Assembly: GCA_043228905.1 (NCBI GenBank)
Contig: JBHGNT010000005.1
Location: forward strand, 20,646,001-20,710,000
Reading direction: 5' to 3'
Source: Azolla caroliniana
Lineage: Eukaryota > Plantae > Polypodiophyta
DNA: 64,000 nt
Positions 37,801 through 49,097 of this stretch are shown here, one piece after another. A model generated the notes under the pieces. That model worked only from the letters and a program-made list of their open reading frames with translations, had not been told where the DNA came from and did not search any database. A program made the translations under genes and the position numbers. Position 1 is the stretch's first letter. Each line of letters starts with the position of its first letter.

Positions 37801-40188
37801 GTCGAGGAGACGGCTTACGCGCGAAGAGAAAGGGAAGAAGAAGGTGTCGGATTCCGGCACGGATAGGAACGAGTCAGACCGACGCGAGTCCGACTCGGAG
37901 GGAACCGGTGACGGGCCTTTAAAGATGAAGACCGCGTCGACCGAGAAGGCCTCGACATCGGCTAATGTGAAATTGCGCCAATCTACCCGCCAAAAGAACC
38001 CAGTTGTGCGGTTCGGATACAACGAGTACATGGCGCATCATTATGCGTACATGACCCGTGTAGCGGAAGTGCGTGAGCCGGAGAGCTACGCAGAAGCGGC
38101 GAAGGACGCGAATTGGCATGCCGCAATGGAGGAAGAGATGCACGCATTGGCGGCGAACGAGACCTGGGACCTGGTTGACGCACCGAAGGGTGTGAAGCCG
38201 ATCGGGTGTAGGTGGGAATACAAGGTCAAGTACAACACTGATGGCTCGGTCAATCGGTAGAAGGCTCGGCTAGTGGCAAAGGGCTACGCGCAGAAACACG
38301 GCATCGACTACGATGAGACGTTTGCGCCGGTCGTGAAAATGACGACCGTTCGTGTTTTGCTCGCAGTAGCTGCGGTGAAGGGGTGGCACTTACATCAGAT
38401 GGATGTAAAGAATGCATTCCTGCAATGTGACCTTGAGGAACAGGTGTACATGGTACATCCCCCCGGATTTCATTCTAGAACGAACTCCTCGGCAGTATGT
38501 CGATTGAAGAAGTCCCTTTACGGACTGAAGCAAGCCCCGCGTGCCTGGAACGCGAAGATCACGCAACAACTGCGTCGGATGGGCTTCGTCACGTCAAAAT
38601 CAGACTCTTCCCTATTCATCCGGAGAGGTCGACTCGGACCAGTTAGTACCTGACCATCACCCGACCCAACCTCAGTTATCCAGTCGGAGTGGTCAGTCAG
38701 TTCATGGCGCGACCTACCGAGGAGCAACTTCAGTGTGCGCAACGCATACTTCGGTATGTCAACGACACTAAGGACCGGGGACTGCTATATCAGACCGGTG
38801 CAGCCGCGCGGTTAGTCGGCTACACCGATGCTGATTGGGCTGGCAATACCGCTGATCGCCAATCCACGTCTGGATACGCGTTCTCCCTCGGGAGTGCCGC
38901 GATCGCGTGGAGCAGTAAGAAGCAGCCGACAGTTGCACTGTCGAGCACCGAAGCTGAGTACCGAGGAGCGGCTGTCGCGACATGCGAAGCCATATGGTTG
39001 AAGCGGCTACTTAAGGATCTGCATGTGGAGGTTCCAGACCCGACGACGATCTACTGCGACAACCTCAGCAGCATCCAGCTCGCGAAGAACCCCGTCTTCC
39101 ACGCACGGACCAAGCACATTGAGGTGCACTACCATTTCATCAGTGAGCGTGTCCTTTCTGGTGAAGTCGAACTTCAATACGTGCCGACGGATCGGCAGAC
39201 TGCCGACATCTTCACAAAGCCTCTTGGTCTGGACAAGTTGCGGCAATTCTCAGGTGCGCTCGGATTGTGTCACCTCGACGTGCCAAACTTGAGGGGGAGA
39301 ACAGTCCCGAACGACCAAGCAAGGCAGCAGGAAAGGAGCGGAGACCGCGACACCGAGTTGGTTGTCGAGTTCGACTTCGGATCGGCTGAAGAAGCCGAGG
39401 GCGGACAGAAGTCCGAAAGCGGATAGAAGGGGAGCAGCCGAAGGAGAGAGCCGAAGCCAACCACGCATGGGGGAGATGACACCATCGAGGGCGAGAAGAC
39501 CGAAGACGAGTTGGAGACAGCCAACTCAGACGAGAGCGAAAACCGATCGGAGGTAGCCGAATCGATTCGGATGTTTGATTCAGACACGTTGAATCAACCG
39601 AGGCCCAAGCGGAAGAAAAGGTAGCAGAACAAGTGTCGACACCGCAACAGCAGAAGAGCTGATAAGGGCCACGTGAGCAAACAAGCCGACCGGAAGGGTC
39701 GAAGCGCGCGGAGTCGAACAGGTCGAGGAGCGCGAGCGAGGCGTGAAGCCAGGAGGAACCGGAGCTGTGAGTCCGAGGATCCCGAAGAGCCTCGAGTTGA
39801 GCTTGAGGGGGAGTGTTGAGAGACAAGCTCAACATCGGCTAGATCGGCTGAAGAAGCCGAGGACCGGATCGGTTGGGACCGATCGGTTAGGCCGAGTGCG
39901 TAAACCGGGAGGCCGTTAGGAAAGATATTCCGTGAGGAATATATTTGGGAGTTAGTGTAGGAGCTCTTAATGAGCATTGAAGTATTGTCAGTACTTCGGT
40001 CAGTCCTTCTAGGACTTGTATAAAAGTGTTCACTGAAGCACGTCTTATGTGTAGATTGAGTATTGTTGTTGAATATAGTTTTTTCTGTCTCTCCTGCGTA
40101 CACCGTGTAAGCTCAAGCTCTCCATTAAACCTGAGTTTCCTCCCTTCTGTTCGGTCTTCATACTTGCTTCCGCACGCTACTTTCTACA
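34871..40188 (+). mobile_element. Copia-E: young Ty1/Copia element of the same family as Copia-D
   Basis: 375-bp LTRs at 34871-35245 and 39814-40188 with about 4 mismatches, TSD TGAAC, PBS TGGTATCAAAGC at 35246-35257, PPT GAGGGGGAG at 39805-39813. Confidence 0.96.
35318..39426 (+). pseudogene. gag-pol: Copia-E polyprotein (stop at 38260; deletion at ~38648 removes the RT YxDD region)
   Basis: 980-aa gag-PR-INT ORF. RT jumps from LGPVS to YLTITRP. RNase H motifs GYTDADWAG and KHIEVHYHF are present. Confidence 0.93.
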
Positions 40189-41938
40189 TGAACCAATCGG
40201 CAATGTGCCGACTCAAGAAGTCCCTTTATGGCATGAAGCAAGCCCCTCGTGCTTGGAATTCAAAGATCTCTCACTGGTTGCGTAAGATGGGGTTTCCGGC
40301 CTCAAAGTCGGACTCTTTGTTGTTCATTCGGAAAGGTCTGGAAGATTCGGTATGTATCTTGTTATACGTGGATGATCTAGTCATCACCAGAGGCGGCCTC
40401 ATTGAAATCAGCCGAGTGAAGTCCCAATTGTCAGATGCATTCAAGATGAAGGATCTAGGAGACCTTCATTACTTCCTCGGGATCGAAGTGATCCATACCT
40501 CCGACGGCATATTGCTCTCACAACGACACTATGTGTTGAATATGATGTACAAGTTCGGCATGACGGATTGCCAACCAGTCTCCACACCCCTAGACCGAAA
40601 CCTAAAGCTTTGTCCCGACTCTGGACCAGCCTACGATGAGAAACGGTTCTGACAAATTTTCGGAAGTCGTATATATTTGATGATCACCTGACCCGACATT
40701 AGCTATCCGGTCGGATCGATCAGTCAATTCATGTAGAAGCCGACTATGGAGCACCTTCAGTGCGTGCACCAAATATTGAGGTATGTCGGTGGCACTAAGG
40801 ACCAAGGACTATTATACCGACATGGTATAACCGAAAAGTTGGTCTGTTATATGGATGCGGACTAGGCCGGATATGCGTCGGATCGACGATCCACTTCCAG
40901 ATTCATGTTCTCTCTAGGTAGCGCGGTTGTTGCGTGGAGCAGCAAAAAGCAGCCGATTGTGGCTCTTTCGAGCATTGAGGCTGAGTATTAGGGTGCTACC
41001 ATTGCCACCTGTGAATTCATCTAGCTTCGGCGGTTCCTACAAGACCTTGGATCGAAATTCCGACTCCGATCCCGATCTACGGCGACAACATGAGCAGCAT
41101 GCAGCTCGCCAAGAACCTTGTGTTCCATGCTCGGATAAAGCACATAGAAGTGCACTATCACTTTGTCAACGAGCGGGTCCTCAGTGGTGAAGTAGAACTC
41201 TGGTATGTCCGGACGGATCGGAAAGTTGCCAACATCTTCACCAAACCTCTCGGCCTAGACAAGTTGCGGCATTTTTCGGAGATGTTTGGTCTTCAACATC
41301 TCGACATGCCGCACTTGAGGGAGAGAACCGGAACGAAGTCTAGGAAAATAGGTGATGGCACCGGACAAAGAGCCGGAGAGATAGGGGGAGACAAGAAGAA
41401 GAAAGAGGAAGCCAAGCTAACTGAAGAAGTCGGCACATCTGATGAAGTCGGAACAAGCGGCGACATCGGCAGAGTCAAGAAGGATAGAGCCGATCGAAAG
41501 AACAAGGCCAACACCCGGACGTGGTCCGATGTGGTAAAGGGCCTAAAAATTGACGATGAGTTGGAGACAGCCAATTCGGACAAGATCTGGAACGAATCGG
41601 AGACAACCGATTTTGAAGAAGAGTTTGATTCAGAGGAGTTGAATCAACTGAAGGCCAAACGGACGAGAAGGCAATTGAAGTCGACACCGACACAGAGGAA
41701 CCAACGGGTCGAGAAGCGTTGAAGTCGCAGCAGCAAAGGAGCTGAGAAGGGCCTTATGAACAAACAAGCCGACCGAGAAGGTCGAGGAGCGCGGAACCGA
41801 ACGGGTCGAGGAAAGCAAAACCGGACCGGACGAGGAGCGCAAGCCAGGCGGGAGGACGCAAGGTGGAGCCGGATGAGAGGACCGACTACCATAGACACTG
41901 ACACTACGATTCGACCTCAAGTTGAGCTTAAGGGGGAG

Positions 41939-42386
41939 CATTGAGCGGACAAGCTCAACCGGATCCGGATCAACTGAACAAGCCAGAGCCGGATCGAAGT
42001 CCAGAACAAAGAACCGGATCAGTGTCCGGATGGTATCTGGAACCAGGAGCCGGATTGAATTGTAACGGGTAGGCCGTTCAAGGCCTACGAATCTAGCCTA
42101 GTACATAGGCATACTTTTAGGAGTCGGTGTCAGTCACTTCTATGAGCATTGAAGTACTTGTTAGTACTTCTATCAGTCCTTTATGGACTTGTATAAAAGT
42201 GCTCAGTGAGCACATTATATGTACAAAGTGTTATTATTTTGAATTTAGTTTTCCATTGTTGTGCTCCCTCTCTATTTCTCTTACACTTTGTCTCTATGAT
42301 TCAAGCTTCCATTAAACTTTATCTCTGTTTGTTGTTGCTATCCGAATAAACCGGTTTGTCAAAGCTTCCGTATATTAACTTTGACA
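41939..42386 (+). repeat. Copia-D 3' LTR
   Basis: First ~175 bp match 33626-33799 (terminal TG appears as CA). Preceded by PPT AAGGGGGAG and ends TTTGACA. Confidence 0.85.
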
Positions 42387-42681
42387 CTAACCGATGCGGA
42401 CATCAACCGAAAGGAACCGACCCGAGCTGAGCTTGAGGGGGCGTGTTGAGAATCAAACTCAACCTAACATTGTGTGTGAACACACCCTTTGAGAATCTAT
42501 GAGCACTCAAAGGTCAAGAGTCACACCACTCTCTACACATTAACTATGTGTCATATAATCATATTCTATGACACATAACTAATGAGTTCCATATTCCCCA
42601 TGACTAATGAGTCTTCACATTCCTCAAGGTTCTAGAGAGAGAGTGGACATTGTGGTAAGTTAATTAAGAGAGAGGGTGACC

Positions 42682-45365
42682 TTAGGTAATTAACTATGGG
42701 TTAATTAGTACCTAATTATGTGATTAAGTTAAGTGTGGAAGAGTAAGTGATATGTGTGTGTATGTGTGTGAGAGGAAGAGAGAGAGAAGTACACTTATGA
42801 GCAACACAAAATGGGGGATGATTAACGCTATATTAAATTAGCATCATCATCATCAAATACAAAAATACCCACAATGAGGTATATATAGATCTCATGTGCA
42901 AGGGTGCACATGTGTGAGGAGAATATAGGTACAAGGGTGTAAGTCATATATTAAATGTACTTGGGAGTGGAGGATCTAGAATATCCCACTTAAGTACACG
43001 GTCCTATTTAAGGCGTTATAGTCAACACTTCTAACTAGATTCTATCTAGGTAACTACGAAGTTACATGGTTGACTAACTAACTAAACTAAGTTGAGCTTG
43101 ATCTCTCAACACGACCCCTCAAGCTCAAGTGTGAGGCATCCGACATCCGCTTTGGCTTTCGTCGGCTTCGTGTGCTTCCATCCAGCCTTCAGCTTTCGTC
43201 GTCGTGGCAATCTCCGTTCCTCCCCCTCAAGCCGGTGATGAAGGGTTGTAGTGTGTACTGGAACTGGGAGAACACTTCGCTCTTCTTCTTCTTCGGGAAG
43301 ATCCACGTGTAGCGTGGGTAGTCGTCGATGAAGGTGACGTAGAATTAGCATCTACCGATCGTCAGTGTTTGAGCCGGTCCCCATACATCCGAGTGTATGA
43401 TGTCGAGGAGGCCTTTGCTTGCAGATCTCTCCTTCGGAAATGGAAGTCGATGTTATTTGCCGAGTTGGCATGCTTCGTACACTCGGTCGACTCATTTCGT
43501 CTCGAAGGCCGGAAGTCCGATGACGACTCTATTTGATTACATCATTCGAAGCCGTTGGAGGTTTATCTAGCCGATTCTTTTGTGCCATAACTCGATGCTT
43601 GTCTCGGTTTTGAGACCTTTAGCATACATAGCCGATTTCACCTCATTCGAATCGAGGATGAACATGTGACCGTCTCTCCGTCCCTTGGCTATGAGTCGGC
43701 CATCTTTCTCGATGAAACATTTTCGTTGTTGAAGCGAACTTGCATGTCTTGCTCCACGATTTGGCCAACCGGGACCAAATTCTTCGTTATTATAAGCACC
43801 TGCAAGACATTCTTGATGCAAGTTTGCTCGCCTTCTTTCCCGAATGGGATGTGTGTTGTGGTTTCCCGTCTCTATGAAGTCGGGTCGATCTGGTGTACGC
43901 AAGTCATTGAACCACTCTTTGTGGGATGTCATGTGATGTGAGGCGCCAGAATCGATGAACCACACGTCTTCCGAATTGGAGATGCTTGCAGAGTCGGAGG
44001 CCGACATAGAGTTCGCTCTATGCCTCATTAGGAATATTCTGTCGTAGTCGTCGTATTCGGAGTTGGTGGCGTAATTCGTGAGTTGTTGACTTGTCGAAGC
44101 CGACTCGCTTCTTCTTTTTCGGCACTCCTCGCGGTGGCTGATTTTTCTGCAATAGTTGGAAGTTGCGAACCACGTTTGCCGACCTTGTTCGGCATGGAAG
44201 CTCCCCCTTCTTCCGAAGGTTCCTCGATGGCTTCCGTGAATGTTTGAGTTCCCTTCGTGTGATGGGCTGAATTGGCCTCTTCTACCGTCGTGACCTTGTC
44301 CTCGGCCACCGTCCGAACTTGAGAAGAACATTTGTCCTTCCGACATCTTTGTCTTGGTTCGGATGTGGTTCTCTTCAACCAATGTCATTGATGGGAGGTC
44401 AAAGAATGAAGGAGGGTTTTCCCTCGCCAAGATTGTTGTCCTCAACGAGTAGAATCGTTGTGCGAGGCCACCCAAGCATACTTGAACCATCTCGTGTTCG
44501 TCGACATTTATGATGATAGAGCCAAGCGAGTCGCAAATGCTCTTGATTTTGGCGGTGTAGTCCGACACGAACATATATTTTTTCCGAATGTTGTTCAACT
44601 CTTGTTGGAGTTGAAGCTTTCGGGTAGTCGTGTTGCTGGCGAACATTTTCTTTAAGTTCTCCCACGCCTCTTTGGGCGTCTTGGCGTCTCGAATATGGCT
44701 AAGCATGTGGTTGTGGACACATGTTGCCAAGCAATACATGACAGCTACCCATTTGTGTGTTCATGTTGATTGTAGTGTCTTCCGTTTTGCTTTTCTTCCT
44801 TCGATCACGTACTCGTGCTACGTAGCGGCACTACGGTAGCAAATAGCCGGAATTTGTCGTCGGCATTTCGAACACACAATTACGAAGAGTCGGGTTGACT
44901 TAGTGGATGTGCTATAAACCACACGCTCTAATACCATGTTAAGAATTAGGTAATTAACTATGGGTTAATTAGTACCTAATTATGTGATTAAGTTAAGTGC
45001 GAAAGATTAAGTGATATGTGTGTGAGAGGAAGAGAGAGAGAAGTACACCTATGAGCAACACAAGATGGGGGATGATTAACTCTATATTAAATTAGCATCG
45101 CCATCATCAAATACAAAAATACCCACAATGAGATATATATAGATCTCATGGGCAAGGGTGCATATGTGTGAGGAGAATATAGGTACAAGGGTGTAAGTCC
45201 TATATTAAATGTACTTGGGAGTGGAGGATCTAGAATATCCCACTTAAGTACACGGTCCTATTTAAGGCATTATAGTCAACACTTCTAACTAGATTCTATC
45301 TAGGTAACTACGAAGTTACATGGTTGACTAACTAACTAAACTAAGTTGAGCTTGATCTCTCAACA
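42682..45365 (-). mobile_element. Copia-F: non-autonomous Copia derivative (gag-PR-partial INT only)
   Basis: LTRs ~42682-43111 and 44937-45365, PBS TGGTATTAGAGC at 44925-44936. ORF 43567-44739 has WFIDSGASHHM and LWHKRIG. Integrase is cut after HSDVWGP...FIDD and joined to the pol terminus. No TSD was found. Confidence 0.88.
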
Positions 45366-45449
45366 GTTAGTATATAACCAATCTTTGTAACCAATTTCTA
45401 ATTGTTGGTTCTTTTTTAATAATACAAGTTGTTTTTGTGTGCCTTGAAG

Positions 45450-48245
45450 AATATAGAAAGCATAGATGTCCGAGAATTGAAAGAACGTGAACGACGATCA
45501 AAGAACATTGTCGTCCGTGGGATTAAAGAAGAGAGTATGGAAACACTCGCATCCCTTGGAAAGGCCATTGGTGAATTTTTTAGCATGCATTATGGGATGT
45601 TAGATGTGAATGTATATGGGGCACACCGAGTTGGGAAACATGGTGTTACTCGCTCCGGAGAAAGGCCTATTGTATGGACAATGACAGATGATACAAAGCG
45701 GCGGATCATACTCGAAAATAGTTGGGTATACCTCAAAGGTACGCAATGCTTTGTGAGTGAAGATCATACTATCTCACAACAAAATGCTCATCGTAAAGCA
45801 TATGAAGAAAGATTGAAAATTAAGGTTAAGGATGTGCCTAAAGATGGAAATGTAGGCAAATCGGGACACATGACCTATGAGACTAACCCACGCCTTTTAC
45901 GAATATGCTTTTGGAATTGCAATGGATACCCATGGAATGTGGGATTTGGCATAGAGGAGTTCACCGATGACTCGGATATCACACTTCTTGTTGAAACATG
46001 GGAGCATGATACTCAAAGGATTCAAGGTTTAGGAAACTATAATGTACACTCTTTGATATGGAAGAAAAATCCAAGACAAAGAAGAGGACAAGGAGGGGTG
46101 GCATGTTTGATTAAGAAAGAAATAGAGAAATATGTGTCAATCATAAAAAATGATGAACATAAATGCTACATATGGCTCAAAATAGAAACACCTAATGATT
46201 TGCCCACTTTTGTAGTTGGATGCTACATTCCTCATCAAGATTCTAACTTTTATGCTTGTTTGGATAAAGCTCAACCTTTTGCCAATCTAGAAGATGATAT
46301 TGCTTATTTCAAATCCAAAGGGGAAGTTATTGTCTTTGGTGATATGAATGCTCGTACAAGAAGTTTCCAACTTGATTCACAAGAATCTTTCATGCCACAT
46401 ATCTCAAGGATGCAAGAGGATATGCAAATGTATTGCCGCTCTTCTAGCGATGAAAAAGATCCAGACCAATTTGGGAAGTTACTCCTACAAATGTGCAATA
46501 GTATTGATTTGCTTATTGCACATGGTATTTCCTTATGGCCCAACACTAATGGTTTTACATGTAGAAAACACAATGGAAATAGTGTGATTGACTATGTGTT
46601 ACTTTCCGAAGGTATTTTGGATCGTATACATAAATTCTCACTTGGTGAATGGACACCGGAATCCGATCATAGGCCTTTATGTATTGATCTCAAATGTATA
46701 CATAGGTTTGATTATGAGAAGGCTATTGAAGATAATAAACAACTGCACTTGAGCATGAACCTTAAGCGAGCACCCATGTATTCTAAGATGGTTGAGGATA
46801 TGTTACAAATGACAAAGATACAACATGGTGCCACACTAGAATGCAAATGGGAAGCTTTCAAGAAAGTCATTCTCTCCTGTACAAACAAATGTTTTTCAAC
46901 CAACCACACATCTTGGAAATGCACCAAGAAACTTAGGAAAAAATGGTTTGATAAAGAATGCCGTGAAGCTCGAAAGTGCCTTATGGTTTTGGATATAGTT
47001 AAGGATAAAGAGAATTACCAAAAGCATTTGCATGAGTATAAAAGGCTTATTCGAAGAAAGAGAAGAATATGGGAAGTTATTCAACAATTTATCCAAACAC
47101 AAGAGAAAGCACATGCATGTGCTAAATTTTGGGGAAATCTAAAGGGAAAACGTGTTGAGAGTTATGGTGACTTAACTCTTCACGACTTGTCTATGCATTG
47201 TAAGAATTTATATGAGTTATCTCTTGCCGGAAAGATGATGTGTTATGGTTCTCTTTCACATATGCCTCCCTTCTTTACAATTGAAGATATATGCATAGGA
47301 CTTAAGAAATTGGCCTCTCGAAAGGCAAGCGATCTTCAATGTATAAAGGTGGAAATGCTCAAATGGATGGGAAAGGAAGCACATGTATGGATAAGCGATA
47401 TGTTTAATGATGCATTGCAACATGGTATGCCGTACGATTGGACTACAAATTGGATCAAACCTTTACATAAAGGTGGAGATGTAAATAATGTAAACAACTA
47501 TCGAACCATCATGGTTGGCTCATTAATGACAAAACTGTTTGGATGTATAATGGAATCAAAGATAAGTGTATGGGCTGAAAAAAATGGTAAGAGAGCTTAT
47601 GGACAAGCTGGATTTCGAAAAGACCATAGCACCATTGATCACCTTATCACCCCTCGAGTATTAATGGAGGAAAGTCGCCTTAGAGGTAAAGGTTTATATT
47701 GTTGCTTTGTAGAGTTCAAGAAAGCTTTTAATATGGTACCTCGTGAGCATCTTTGGAGACGAATAGAAGAACTTGAGGTGCCAAGTGAATATATGCTTGC
47801 AATTTACTGAATTTATGAAAAGGTTATATGTTGTGTGCACATGAGAGATAATCTTTCAGATTTTTTCAAAAGCACTATTGGTGTTAAGCAAGGATGCCCA
47901 CTCTCACCAACACTATTTGGTCTATGCATTGATGAATTGGAAGAAATGGTTACCAAGTTTGCAAAGGAAGAATGTGTTGAAGAAGTTGCCATTGGGAATG
48001 TTGTGATTATGCTTATGCTATATGCAGATGATGTAGTGCTTTTTGCAAATACTTTAGGGGATGCACAAAAGCTTATGAAGGCATTGGAAAAAAATTGCAT
48101 GCATACTAAATTAAGTGTCAATAGGTCTAAAACAAGGATTATGCTTGTGAAGAGCCAAAAAAGAGATAAACCATGCATTATGTACAACATTGAGCCACTT
48201 GAATGTGTGGAAAGCTTCAAATATCTTGGCCTTGAAGTTCCTTCA
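45450..48245 (+). mobile_element. LINE (RTE-X/L2-like): ORF1 C-terminal part, APE endonuclease and RT; 3' truncated
   Basis: ORF1-like RRSKNIVVRGIKE...HRVGK...RPIV...FVSED. APE motifs WNCNG, LVETW, GDMNAR, IDYVL, SDHRP. RT motifs QAGFR, GVKQGCPLSPTLF, LYADD, FKYLG. Stop at 47810. Confidence 0.9.
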
Positions 48246-48456
48246 AATTTGGGAATGGATGCTTTCATATTCATTGAGATGTGCATGGACCAAATCAAAT
48301 TCATTAATCCGAAGATTATAGAGGCGTCGAATCAAATAGATCTTTGTGGCAACCACCTTCTTTTCGTATGTGTCCGACAACAACTTCCATGAGCTGAAAG
48401 CTCTTTTGCTGATGAGCAGTCTCCCCCCTTCATGGAAAACATTTGTCACGATTGTT
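48243..48456. pseudogene. Rearranged Copia gag fragment (Copia-B-like), half on each strand
   Basis: Minus strand 48390-48243 reads WKLLSDTYEKKVVATKIYLIRRLYNL. Plus strand 48391-48456 reads ELKALLLMSSLPPSWKTFVT. Confidence 0.75.
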
Positions 48457-49097
48457 CTTCCCGTGTTCTATCATGTAGAGGTTCATGCATGAGTTCTATC
48501 ATGTTCAGCTCAATACACAAAGGAATACCTTCATGGAGGAGGCCTACATGACAAACACTAATGAGTGTTGCACCAAGCAACACTAGTCATTCCACTAATT
48601 GATCCTTTGTCAACTTCTCCTCAATTGGTTCACGTTGTTACCAATCCTTCTTTTGAGCCTATGATTCACACTAGAAGAACCTCTCCCCCTTCCTATTGCC
48701 ATTACCATTTTACGGCGACCACTCAAAAATGGGGGAAACTTCATGTTCCCAAATATACTTAAATTTCCAACTAAGTAATTGTATTGATATTATGAAATGC
48801 ACATAGAGAGGATCCAAACTAGTCTGTCTTTCCCGTTCCTTCTTGCTTAATTTATAATTTATATAGAGATACCTATTCGGGTAGATTTGTCTACCAACTA
48901 ATGCATGTTTACATGCATGAAGGCTTGCACTTGCTAAAAATGTGACAGTAAGGTACACCACAACATGAAGGCCTACACTTGATAAAAAGGTGGCACAAAG
49001 GTACACCACTATATTTAAACTAAATCCTAAAGCTCAAATTGCCCACCAAACTACAAAGCTTAAGAGGGCACACACACACATACACAAGACAATACAA

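Larger units (their letters stand above)
33626..42386 (+). mobile_element. Copia-D: internally deleted Copia; hosts Copia-E
   Basis: 5' LTR truncated (33626-33799) and fused at GCAT to the integrase C-terminal HVPDEKRRKLD. RT-RH degenerate. 3' LTR 41939-42386. TSD TTAAC/CTAAC. Confidence 0.88.
26605..42681 (+). mobile_element. Copia-C: 5'-truncated degenerate Copia (RT-RH, PPT, partial 3' LTR from 42444); hosts Copia-B and Copia-D
   Basis: RT 26605-27337 (YVDDL) resumes at 32839, RNase H runs to about 33546, 3' region resumes at 42392, then CTTGAGGGGGCG-TGTTGAG at 42432-42450. The right boundary is uncertain. Confidence 0.8.
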
